Below are positions 40,530 through 52,235 of a stretch of 64,000 nt of DNA, piece after piece. The stretch is taken from contig OW818685.1 of NCBI GenBank assembly GCA_942493245.1, positions 3,984,493-4,048,492 of the forward strand. The letters run 5' to 3'. Under the pieces are notes generated by a model. The model was not told the origin of the DNA, did not search any database, and saw only the letters and a program-made list of their open reading frames with translations. Numbering within the stretch: the stretch's first letter is position 1; each line of letters begins with the position of its first letter. The DNA is from an uncultured Candidatus Sumerlaeota bacterium (GTDB lineage: Bacteria; Sumerlaeota; Sumerlaeia; UBA8349). Both the position numbers and the translations under genes were made by a program.

Positions 40530-41646
40530 CACCGTCAAACAGAAGTATTTGAATCGAGTCTCCGAGGTGCTGAACCGAACCGGTCATCCCCGTCGGCAGG
40601 AGGTCCTGGAGGACTTGCAGGCGCATCTGGAGGAGATGGGCGTTTCATCCGATCAGGCGGTCTCATATGAAGAGTTGGTCGAGCGCTTCGGCGCCCCCGA
40701 GGAATACGCCGAAAACCTGGCGCCCGCTGCCGGGTATCGTGTCAAGCCCCTTGCGCGCCGCCGGTCCTTCTGGATTGGGGGCGCCTGTCTGGTGCTGGTC
40801 CTGGTCATGGGAGGACAATCTATTGTTCAACGCCATACGATCGCGGCCCGTGTCCGCGAGTTCATGGGACGGAACTTTTACGCCCCGCCGTTCTTTGATC
40901 TGGACAGAATGCGCGCCCTGCAACCGGGCGCGACCGCCGACCAGATCCGCGAGGCCATCGGGTACCCGCTTCGCCGCGCCATCATCCAGGGACGGGAACA
41001 CGAGGTGGTGTGGGAATATACCCAATTGCCGAACGAACACAGTCCTTTCTTCACCGAAGCGAAGGTGATCACAGACGCCGAGGAAATGCGCTTCATTCGA
41101 TGGGAAGTACTCGAGCGGGTCTATATGGGGACTCCCTACATGCCGTTTCCCGTGCATGTGAAAGTCGATCGCCTTTCCTACGCCCGGGCGGGACGGGAAC
41201 GGTTGCGACTCGACACGGAGACGCTGGAGGTCTATGTGATCGTCTCCGGCCTGGGGATGGCTTCGGAACAGGACTTGAGCGAAGAACGACTGCAGGAACG
41301 ATTGCGGGAGCAGGAAAACTTCGTGTCCGCTTCCTGGAAAGAGGTCCCTCGGGAGAAGGTCCATTTTGTTCATATCGCAGGCCCGCAGGGCCAAATGCCA
41401 TGGGAGGAATTGAATTCCCTGCTGGAAAAGTTGCCTCCAGAGAGTCCTGTTTTCTCTGAAACAGGCCCACTCCTGCTTTTCGAAAACAGAGGCGCGCCGG
41501 TAGGCGCGCCCATTTACGATGTCGGGGTCTTCTGTCAGGGGATTCTCTACCAGTATCCGCTCATCTTCGGCAGTCTGAACGAGCGCGTGATGGAATCCTA
41601 TCGCGAAGACCAGAACTGGCTGATCCACCGGCTCCTGCAGGAGTGA
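40522..41646 (+). CDS. PadR-associated membrane protein (HAAS/DUF1700-like N-terminal helical module, single TM, ~270-aa extracytoplasmic domain)
   Basis: It overlaps the padR stop by 8 nt. The N-terminal region (…KQKYLNRVSEVL…EVLEDLQAHLEE…) is typical of PadR-partner HAAS modules. A TM helix follows (FWIGGACLVLVLVMGG). Confidence 0.7.
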   Translation: MSDTVKQKYLNRVSEVLNRTGHPRRQEVLEDLQAHLEEMGVSSDQAVSYEELVERFGAPEEYAENLAPAAGYRVKPLARRRSFWIGGACLVLVLVMGGQSIVQRHTIAARVREFMGRNFYAPPFFDLDRMRALQPGATADQIREAIGYPLRRAIIQGREHEVVWEYTQLPNEHSPFFTEAKVITDAEEMRFIRWEVLERVYMGTPYMPFPVHVKVDRLSYARAGRERLRLDTETLEVYVIVSGLGMASEQDLSEERLQERLREQENFVSASWKEVPREKVHFVHIAGPQGQMPWEELNSLLEKLPPESPVFSETGPLLLFENRGAPVGAPIYDVGVFCQGILYQYPLIFGSLNERVMESYREDQNWLIHRLLQE

Positions 41647-41773
41647 GGCGCTGGTTCACCTAATATGCGACACAGCCTTTCAACAGAGTAACCCCGTCGA
41701 AAGATTGGATTGACAAGATAAGAGCCGTTGCCAGAAAGAATCTTCATTGTCGTCGTAAGGCCCCCCTTTCGTT

Positions 41774-41897
41774 CGTCATCCCCGCGAAAGCGGGGACCCA
41801 GAGGCGTGAGAACGGCGAAAATGGAAAAAACATCAAGGAAATCGGGTTTGAAACCGGGGTGCCCAAAATCTGGGTTCCCGCTTGCGCGGGAATGACG
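41774..41897. repeat. 124-bp inverted pair of a REP-like hairpin unit (cgtcatccccgcgaaagcggggaccc … gggttcccgcttgcgcgggaatgacg)
   Basis: The two 26-nt arms are reverse complements apart from about 4 mismatches. Each arm contains its own tccccgcNgaaagcgggga-type hairpin. The pair lies just downstream of the low-G+C gene 42045-43082. Confidence 0.7.
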
Positions 41898-42044
41898 AAG
41901 AGGGGGAAAACTCCCGGAAACGACAGGGGATTCGCTGATTCCTTTTGGCAATTGCTATAACAGGATACAAATAGCGAACAACATCTTGTTAATCTTGTCA
42001 ATCCTGTTCGATTTCTAAAGACTCCGGTAGTCGGTATCTCCTAT

Positions 42045-43082
42045 TCAGGGATTTACTTTCTGTGCTTTCGCTTCAGCATTTTCGAAAATGGCCTGAAATG
42101 ATCGGCGCAGGTTCTCGTCTTTTTCGGATTCCGCCAGTTTCTTGATGAAGTCCCGGTTTTCCGCGCTGTTGTAGTTACTATCAGTGGGGGAATCGTACAG
42201 CAATTTTGACGCGCAGGATCTTCGCAATTCGAGGCTGTTGGTTGTGGACTGGCAGGCTTCTTTCAGGTTGCGTATCGCAATCTTCTTGACCTCCGGATCA
42301 TACACCCCAAGCCGGTACAACGATTGAAGCCAGCCACCGATGTCCGAGTCTTTATCCTTTGCCTGTTTCTGAGCAAGTTTCAGATGGCTTTCGAGACACT
42401 TCGCGAGCCGGATCGCCCTTTTCTGGATCTCAACTTCTCGCTTCCCGATTTGCGCAACGACTTCTTCCGTCTGATTCACCTTCTCCTTGTCCTGTTTCAA
42501 CATTTTCTTCTCATAGCATACCAACGATTTCGCCACATGTATTACCCCTGCCAAAAATGCATCAAGAGGCATCTCTTTGTCAAAACACCCCTCGACATAG
42601 GCATAGAACATATCCCTCTCAGATTCTTCCATCACAGGGTATAAATCTTCACCCCATTGCCTCAAAACGGTGGCCGATTGAACGGGATCTTTTACCGTAT
42701 CGAGTATCTTGATCATATCATTCGCAATCAGGGGACGTCCGAGTTTTTTCACATACCAATCCTTGGAATATGCAAAAATGTAGGATAAATGAATTGCGAT
42801 TCCCTCTTCATAGGCAGGACCCTCTTTCTGCGTCGAGAAAGCGTACTCCAGCATTTCGTTCATGAGGGTTGGATATTCCGAGACGTCGCTTTTCTCAAAG
42901 GATTCCCGAAACTTCGTCATCCGATCCCCGATTTCCTGGGCTTTGACCGGATCCTGGGTTTGGGCCGGGTTCTGGTGGGTTCCGGACGGAGTCTGAGCCG
43001 GACACGCGCAGTCAAACGACAAAATTATTGAAAACGCGACAAGCGCGCATACTCGAATCAGGTGGTTCCTTCCCTGTAACAT
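42045..43082 (-). CDS. hypothetical secreted protein, low-G+C orphan gene
   Basis: 345 aa with a signal-peptide-like N-terminus (…CALVAFSIILSFDCACPAQ). The protein is K/E-rich. Nucleotide composition is visibly AT-richer than the surroundings, and the flanks carry REP-like hairpins. Confidence 0.6.
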   Translation of the reverse strand: MLQGRNHLIRVCALVAFSIILSFDCACPAQTPSGTHQNPAQTQDPVKAQEIGDRMTKFRESFEKSDVSEYPTLMNEMLEYAFSTQKEGPAYEEGIAIHLSYIFAYSKDWYVKKLGRPLIANDMIKILDTVKDPVQSATVLRQWGEDLYPVMEESERDMFYAYVEGCFDKEMPLDAFLAGVIHVAKSLVCYEKKMLKQDKEKVNQTEEVVAQIGKREVEIQKRAIRLAKCLESHLKLAQKQAKDKDSDIGGWLQSLYRLGVYDPEVKKIAIRNLKEACQSTTNSLELRRSCASKLLYDSPTDSNYNSAENRDFIKKLAESEKDENLRRSFQAIFENAEAKAQKVNP

Positions 43083-43318
43083 ACGACACTCCTTTTCAAT
43101 AGAATAACCCCATAGTAAATTGACCGGCTTGCGATGAAAAACCAGAGAAAACAGACTGGATAACGGGATTTACAGGATGTGGCGAGATTCAATTCGTATC
43201 CTGCTGATCCTGTTATCCTGTCCCGTTTTCCCATTTATATTCCGAAAGTGTCCTTCGAGTCCGTATCTTTCTGAATGCAATTGGGTATCAATCCCGTCTG
43301 ATTTTATCAACAGAAACA

Positions 43319-45196
43319 CTACTGAATCAACCCCGCCTCTTTCAGCGTGGATTCGGGGGTGGGGGCCACTTCTTTCAGGAGCCAGTGGATCTGCTGGTAG
43401 TACTCCGCCGGGGGCTGTCCCTGTTCGTGCAGTTGCGTGGCGCCCGCTTCCTCGGCGGCGCTGTTGAAACGCTCGATCCGGACGGTCAGATCCTCGATTT
43501 CCTCGGGTTTAAAAGCCTCCCCCGCCTGACGGCGCTCGTTGATCCGGGTTTTCAACCGCTCGATCCGGGCAAAGTCGAGGCTCAACCGTTCGATCCGCAC
43601 CCGCTTGAGAAAGTCCGGATGTTCGCTCACGGCCGCCTCGGCCTTGTCGAACAGGGTGTCCCCCTGTTGCAGAACCTCGTCTGTCAGGTACGGCGTCAGC
43701 GGACCGTCGAAAATATGGATGTGCTGATTGTCGCGATTCACTTTTTCTTCGAGAAGATCAATCCACGCGCGCACAGGCTCCCACGCCGGACCGTAGTAGG
43801 CCTGCAGAAAGTCGTTCATGGCGCGGTTTTCGTCATAGGTCGAGTCCCACAGGAACTTCGCCATCATGTACCCGCCGAGTTTCGAAAACTCGCCGTTGGG
43901 CGTGTTGTAGGTGTCCTGCTCGAAAATCCCCCGCACGTTGTGGTCGAGGTAGAACTGAATGTTGTCGTTGAGCGCGCGGCGGTTTGGGAACGGGAGATAA
44001 TAACAGCGGAAGTCGGTCGTGTAGTCCCAGACCCAGAGACGATCACAGACCTTCGACCAGGCGACCAGGTCGTCGCGGAACTCCCGGTTCTCCTTGCTGT
44101 CGCAGGTGGCCAGCGGGTGCGAGAAACAACACTCGATGCTGCACAGACGGACGATCACATTCGGGCGCGGACGCATCTCTTTGGGCGGCTTGCGCGTCCA
44201 CTGGTAGGCGAACGTATCAATCAGTTTGTCCGGGTAGTCCTTCTCGATCGCCTCGGCGACCCGGTTGACCAGCGCCAGCACCGGTCCGATCTGCGACCCC
44301 TCGCGCTTCGCGATTTCCTGGCATTTTTCGCATTCGCAGTAGTTGTACCAGTCGTTCTGCGTGATGGAGAAAATGGACGCGTCGGGGTTGGCCTGGATCG
44401 CCTCGCGCACCTTCTCGGTGACGATCCGGATGACGTCCTCATTGGAACAGCAAAGCTGCGACTTGTCGCGCAGGCGCTTGCCCTTGACCAGCGAGAAATA
44501 CTCCGGGTGCGTGTCGAAATACGGGTCGGGCGGAATCAGCAGATTGAACGAATGCGCAAACGCCCAGTAGGTCACCTTGCCGCCATGCCGGGCCTCGAGC
44601 CGCGCCGCGTGGCTGTTCATGCGGTTGCGGGCGCACCAGTCGCCGTCGAAACAGTCGAACACGAACGGCTCGCGGTTCTCGAGCCGGGGCTTGCGCACCT
44701 CGCGCAACGCTTCAAGGCTCAATTTTTCCCTCTTCGGGATAGAAGACACCTCGGGCGTGAACCAGTGACACCCCAGGTGGTCCTCGAGTAGACCGTAGCA
44801 CCCATAGAGGGTCCCCCGGGGCGTGGCGCCGGCGATGGCCAGCCGTCCCTGCACGGTTTTCAAAAGATACCCCTCCGGGCCGGTCGCTTCCGGGTCCACC
44901 TTCAGTCCCAGATCGGCAAAGCGATTGCTCTCGCCCACCAGAATCTCGCGCCGCGTGGCGGGTTCGCTGTCCTTGACGATCGGCAGTTCGGCGCCCGACA
45001 TCTCCTTCAGGAATCGCTGGAGTTCCTGAGCGCCATAGGCCACCGGTTCCGGCGCGTCCTGCGCGATCACGATGCGGTACTTCGACTCGCCGCCATCCGC
45101 CAGCGTCACCCCCTGCCACCGGCTCAGAAGCGAGCACCCCGACAGAAAGGATATAATCATCAGAAGGAAAAATAGTTTTCCCGCAGCGCTTTTCAT
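43319..45196 (-). CDS. DUF4838-like lipoprotein, putative glycoside hydrolase
   Basis: A lipobox is present (FLLMIISFLSGCSL). The protein is Cys-rich (…CCSNED…NYCECEKCQ…CSIECCFSHPLATCD). Its architecture is reminiscent of a GH20-like N-domain + DUF4838. Confidence 0.65.
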   Translation of the reverse strand: MKSAAGKLFFLLMIISFLSGCSLLSRWQGVTLADGGESKYRIVIAQDAPEPVAYGAQELQRFLKEMSGAELPIVKDSEPATRREILVGESNRFADLGLKVDPEATGPEGYLLKTVQGRLAIAGATPRGTLYGCYGLLEDHLGCHWFTPEVSSIPKREKLSLEALREVRKPRLENREPFVFDCFDGDWCARNRMNSHAARLEARHGGKVTYWAFAHSFNLLIPPDPYFDTHPEYFSLVKGKRLRDKSQLCCSNEDVIRIVTEKVREAIQANPDASIFSITQNDWYNYCECEKCQEIAKREGSQIGPVLALVNRVAEAIEKDYPDKLIDTFAYQWTRKPPKEMRPRPNVIVRLCSIECCFSHPLATCDSKENREFRDDLVAWSKVCDRLWVWDYTTDFRCYYLPFPNRRALNDNIQFYLDHNVRGIFEQDTYNTPNGEFSKLGGYMMAKFLWDSTYDENRAMNDFLQAYYGPAWEPVRAWIDLLEEKVNRDNQHIHIFDGPLTPYLTDEVLQQGDTLFDKAEAAVSEHPDFLKRVRIERLSLDFARIERLKTRINERRQAGEAFKPEEIEDLTVRIERFNSAAEEAGATQLHEQGQPPAEYYQQIHWLLKEVAPTPESTLKEAGLIQ

Positions 45197-45365
45197 GCTT
45201 CTTTTCTCCTCTCACACACAGAAATCCCACCCGAAACACGCCAACCCGAATAAAAGGGCCTCATCGGGACACTCAGTCTATAATACCCTCATTTCTATCA
45301 GACAGGCAGGGAAACGCCAAGCATGAATTTATAAACCCCGAAATACCGGGCGCATGCGTGAAAGA

Positions 45366-45460
45366 AATGATCGCGCGGAGACGCGGAGGCGCGGAGAACC
45401 GCATTTCAGCCACAGGAGGCACAAAAGTCGCAAACAAAAATTCCTGAGTCCCGGGGAGAA
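45366..45460 (-). repeat. dispersed intergenic repeat family, copy Z' (…ccgcgtctccgcgcgatcatttctttc / ggcacaaaagtcgcaaac…)
   Basis: Its reverse complement aligns over ~95 nt with 45918-46020. Confidence 0.6.
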
Positions 45461-45559
45461 AGAACCAGGAACTCCTCATTGTCCGACGAATGGTGAGGTT
45501 GTCGTTTGAGGGGGGATGGCAAGAAGTACCCCGTCCTGCATAAAAGCGGGGATGGACCG

Positions 45560-45672
45560 GAGGTGGCACGGGCGTCCCGCCCGTGAATGGCCGACGTTCT
45601 CGTCGGCAGGACCGGGGATTTTGGGTCTTTTGTCCCGGAGCCCCTTCATGGGCGAGACGCCCATGCCACCTC
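45560..45672 (-). mobile_element. MITE-like 113-bp element, copy 2
   Basis: It is the reverse-complement match of 20394-20506, including both terminal hairpins. Confidence 0.7.
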
Positions 45673-45799
45673 AGAACCGCTTTCCTCTCTGTGTGGAGAC
45701 CCGAAGAGAGGGTTTAATAAACCGAAAGACATATAGACAATGAGGAATTCCTGGAGAAAGAACCGGTCTTCGCAGAATAGCCGGACAGGGTTCTCCGCC

Positions 45800-45870
45800 C
45801 CCCCTGCACCTCCGCGCGATTCATTCTTTCCATACCCGCCTTTCGATTCCGGGGACGAGCAGGAGGACGG
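45800..45870 (+). repeat. ~70-nt segment duplicated at 46175-46250 (cctccgcgcgatNNattNtttc…cgattccggggacgNgcNgg)
   Basis: It is a direct repeat of the sequence that encodes the C-terminal tail of the 713-aa gene. Confidence 0.55.
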
Positions 45871-45917
45871 CTCGAAAATCGCCGCAGGCAGGGAGAAATC
45901 AACCACAAAAAGCACAG

Positions 45918-46100
45918 AAGGCACGGGAAAATTTTCTGTTTTTGTGACTTTTGTGCCTCATGTGGCAGACAAGAAACGGTCTCCGTGTCCCTGCGTCTCT
46001 GCGCGATGATTCTTTTCATCCCCGTTCTCTCGGGTTTTCGCGTCTCCCACGGTCGCAGACCTCGCGCTCTGGGCGGACACACAGGTCCGCCCCTACGGAT
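45918..46100 (+). repeat. dispersed intergenic repeat family, copy Z (…ctgcgtctctgcgcgatgattcttttcatccccgttctctc…ctgggcggacacacaggtccgcccctacgg)
   Basis: Its 5' part is inverted relative to Z' (45366-45460). Its 3' ~115 nt match the reverse complement of 58905-59010, including the gggcggac/gtccgccc hairpin. Confidence 0.65.
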
Positions 46101-46191
46101 GGGTTGCGGCTTCGCTGCGCCAGGTGTTCTGTACATCTTGTGGCAAAAGAGAGGTTCCCTGCGTCTCCGCGTCCCTGCGCCTCCGCGCGAT

Positions 46192-48333
46192 CTATTGTTT
46201 CTGGCCCCCGGCCTTCGATTCCGGGGACGGGCGGGGGGAGGGCGATTCCTGAGGCGGCGCCGCCGGAACCCGGTCTGGATCCCAGAGCGGCATGGGGAAA
46301 TAGAGGTATTGGGAATCCCGCCCGGAGGAAAGCCCCCCTTCGCCTGTCCCCGCTTCCCTGCCGCTCTCGACCGATCCGTCCAAAAGCGGGTCGTTCCGGA
46401 CCATCAGGCCATAGACGGGGCACTCGTCGATCCGGACAAAATACACTTCAAACTGTGACGTGTCCATGCCCGGGTCCAGATAAGGCTTGAGGTCCTCGAC
46501 ACCGGCGGGGAGTTTTCCGTCGTTCCGGGGATCGTCCACATACCGGATCAAAACCTGAGTCGCGGAACTGACCGAATCGGAAATACCCGGCGGTATCACG
46601 GCGGTGAAGGGTTCCGACTTAAAAATGAACCAGAGCCGGTCGGACGTGGGCGCGAACGAGTCGTCCAGATACCGGGGGATCAGATCCGCGACCGAGTCGG
46701 GGTACCGCCCGTACTCGCGGCGATACCGGGCGGAGGCAAGAGCAAAGCGAGTCAGCGCAATCGCCCGGTTGAACCGTTCGACATAGGTTTTCTCTTCCCA
46801 CGCCATCCGGTCGAACAGCGTGTGACTGGAGTCATTCAGATCCAGGAATGCACGAATCCCCCCAGGAGATTCAACGGGTTGACCTTCATGATCATAGCCA
46901 AGGGCATCCTTTGCCAACAAGTCGGAATAATTCCCTGTTGTCAAGTGGGATGCCGCCTGGTTATCAAAGACATCGGGGAGATTCATCCCCACGGAGACAA
47001 ATTTCAGGAGTCGGCTGGCCTCTCCATACCCGGTGACATCCAGATTGACGAGCGCCTCCGTTTTCCGGTCGATCGCCCGCCACAACAGCGGTTCGATCGC
47101 CTTTGCCGCCACTTTCTCCGGAATCCCCGAAAGGAAGAGATGCCAACCGTTCATTTCATAATATCCACCGGAACGAAACGATTTTCGTCCAGCGCCATTC
47201 GACTCATAATATCCACCGGAAGTGAGCGAGTTTCTCAGTTCCGTAATCCACTCCTCACGGCACAGGTTCACATGATCGCTCCGCAAAACCGAATACTCTT
47301 CGGGGGTGAGTGTCCACGACGCCAGAGTGGCGTCCACCCATTTCAGAACATCCTCGGGAATGCTCGCACTGGCTGCGGCTTGGGCCAGGTAACGTTCGAG
47401 CATTTCCAAATACAGCAGAAAAAAATGTTTCTCCTCACCCCTTTCCCGACGGGAAAAAAGCGTCTTCCCACACCACAGGGTATTCACTTCTATCATGCGG
47501 GAGGCTCTTTCGGATTCCCCGTTCCGGATCGCCCGGCAGAACGCCAGCGTTTGCAGTCTATCGATGTTAAAACGCTGAGAATCACCCATCAGTGACAGGA
47601 AATTTTCCGGAAGCTCACGGCAATTGTCATCCATGATTCGTACCATCCGGGTCCAGGACTCGACGACTTCCGTTTCGTCCTTCTGTTCGGGTGACGATTG
47701 AGATCTTTTATCCGCACGAAGCCCCGATCCCATTTCTTTCAAAAGAGCCACTACGGAGCGTTTTTGTTTCTTCTCGTAACTCTGGATTCTCGATTGAGGA
47801 TCTTTCAGACGGCTCCGGAGTTCGTCCTGAATCGCCTGAATATCCCATTCCCCCGATTCCGAGGGGAATGTTTTCGTAACCGAGTCAACTGAATCCTCTT
47901 GAGGACTTTTCATCTTTTTCCATTTACCGGCATTGAGTACAAAAAAGACATCTGGCGAATCGGACCAGCCCCATCGGAAGGATTGCTGCCATCTTTCTAA
48001 TCCATTCATCGCCTCCCTCCAGTACAACGCCTCCTCGGGAGAAATGACCGAAGGTTGGGTCCTCGTCGTTTGCCGATCCATTTCTCCGGGGGAAACCCCG
48101 GGTGAAGTCAGGGAAACGGGCGGTTCTGGACGCGAGGCGAGGCGGAATTCCAGAATCCGGTCCCGCTCGGCGCGGATCGCCTCCGCCTTTTCCTCGTACT
48201 CCGTCGGAGCAAACCGCAGCCAGGCATAAAGAAGGGCCAGAAACAACGGGGGAATGAGGAGGGCGATCAGGCTCCCTTTGCGCCGGGACAATAGGGAGGG
48301 AGACTGGAGTTTACCCGGGTTTTCCGGATTCAT
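46192..48333 (-). CDS. hypothetical membrane-anchored protein (713 aa) with C-terminal pseudopilin-like segment
   Basis: An N-terminal TM helix is present (LIALLIPPLFLALLYAWL). The C-terminal region (…ALASARYRREYGRYPDSVADLIPRYLDDSF…) resembles the helix + YP motif of GspG-type pseudopilins. The last ~20 codons are encoded by a copy of the intergenic repeat family. Confidence 0.65.
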   Translation of the reverse strand: MNPENPGKLQSPSLLSRRKGSLIALLIPPLFLALLYAWLRFAPTEYEEKAEAIRAERDRILEFRLASRPEPPVSLTSPGVSPGEMDRQTTRTQPSVISPEEALYWREAMNGLERWQQSFRWGWSDSPDVFFVLNAGKWKKMKSPQEDSVDSVTKTFPSESGEWDIQAIQDELRSRLKDPQSRIQSYEKKQKRSVVALLKEMGSGLRADKRSQSSPEQKDETEVVESWTRMVRIMDDNCRELPENFLSLMGDSQRFNIDRLQTLAFCRAIRNGESERASRMIEVNTLWCGKTLFSRRERGEEKHFFLLYLEMLERYLAQAAASASIPEDVLKWVDATLASWTLTPEEYSVLRSDHVNLCREEWITELRNSLTSGGYYESNGAGRKSFRSGGYYEMNGWHLFLSGIPEKVAAKAIEPLLWRAIDRKTEALVNLDVTGYGEASRLLKFVSVGMNLPDVFDNQAASHLTTGNYSDLLAKDALGYDHEGQPVESPGGIRAFLDLNDSSHTLFDRMAWEEKTYVERFNRAIALTRFALASARYRREYGRYPDSVADLIPRYLDDSFAPTSDRLWFIFKSEPFTAVIPPGISDSVSSATQVLIRYVDDPRNDGKLPAGVEDLKPYLDPGMDTSQFEVYFVRIDECPVYGLMVRNDPLLDGSVESGREAGTGEGGLSSGRDSQYLYFPMPLWDPDRVPAAPPQESPSPRPSPESKAGGQKQ

Positions 48334-48585
48334 TGGAAGGCCTTTCTTTTCCCGATCATTTCCCGAATTTCAGGTTTTGGCTTCCGGTTTTCCACTCTTC
48401 CGGAGGGAAATGGGGACAAGTCAGAAAACGCTCAATACTATAGACGCTCACTGGAGTATTTCCTTGGAAAATAAAATGCGGATTTTTGATTTTTTCTCGG
48501 AAGACTCGATTAAGAAACCGTGATTGGGGGAACCGGGAAACGATGTAAACCGCCTTTTGAACCACGAAATACACGAACCACACGA

Positions 48586-48659
48586 AAACCGCTATTCAGG
48601 CGTTTTTCGTGTATTTCGTGTGTTTCGTGGTTCTTATTTGCGGTTGTGTTTTGTGACCC
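48586..48659. repeat. long imperfect palindrome built from triplicated cacgaaa/tttcgtg units (29-bp stem, 14-nt loop)
   Basis: The left arm is aaccacgaaatacacgaaccacacgaaaa. The reverse complement of the right arm is aaccacgaaacacacgaaatacacgaaaaa, i.e. 26/29 paired. It lies between the 5S rRNA terminator and the start of the 713-aa gene. Confidence 0.75.
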
Positions 48660-48675
48660 GCTCGGATCAGGAAGG

Positions 48676-48720
48676 GGGGTAAAAACAGGAAAGCCCGAAG
48701 AGTTTCCTCTTCGGGCTTTC
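48676..48720 (-). terminator. intrinsic terminator of the 23S-5S operon (gaaagcccgaagag-tttc-ctcttcgggctttc, 14-bp perfect stem, then CUGUUUUU on the minus strand)
   Basis: A perfect hairpin immediately 3' of the 5S rRNA is followed by a T-run. Confidence 0.7.
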
Positions 48721-48724
48721 GTAT

Positions 48725-48843
<119 letters not shown>

Positions 48844-48967
48844 AAACGTGAATTCGACAGATTCGATGAGGCCACTGAAGGCCGTTTGTGTGTAGTTGAA
48901 ACGCGATACTTAACTCGCAAGAAAGCGCCAGAGGGGCGATTTCTTAAATTAAGAGTACATATTTAGG

Positions 48968-51940
<2,973 letters not shown>

Positions 51941-52183
51941 TAGACACATATTGCCTCTCTGGCGCTTTCTTGAGAGTCTTGCACAGAGCAGAGAAAGCCC
52001 TGTACAAGAAGTAAATATCGCTGGTTTCAACTACTGAAACACCATCAAGGTGTTTCATTCATCGAATCTGTCAAGGAACCGCGTCGTGGCAATGGAGACC
52101 ACGACTTTCTGGCGAACCGACTGAAACCCAGGACAGGCGTCCGTCGCGTTTCGCTCGCTACCCGACTCTTTTTCGTCGGCGCA

Positions 52184-52235
52184 TTTTTGGATCATCTCAA
52201 GGTCTTCAGTGTTTGTCAACACTTTTTTTTCGACC
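52184..52235 (-). promoter_or_regulatory. candidate rRNA promoter: A-tract (UP-like) + TTGACA-17-GATGAT on the minus strand, ~250 nt upstream of the 23S 5' end
   Basis: On the minus strand the sequence is aaaaaaaagtgTTGACAaacactgaagaccttgaGATGATcc. The -35 hexamer is consensus, and the upstream A8 run resembles rRNA UP elements. Confidence 0.4.

Noticed and set aside
45714-46136. 140-aa ORF inside the 45-46 kb intergenic region
   Set aside because: It is composed of repeat-family sequence and a duplicated fragment of the neighbouring gene's 3' end. It has no RBS and no plausible protein features, so it is treated as non-coding repeat DNA.
48586-48659. Possible CRISPR array (tandem cacgaaa units)
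   Set aside because: The units are only ~9 nt, there are three per arm arranged as a palindrome, and there are no spacers of distinct sequence. This is not CRISPR architecture.
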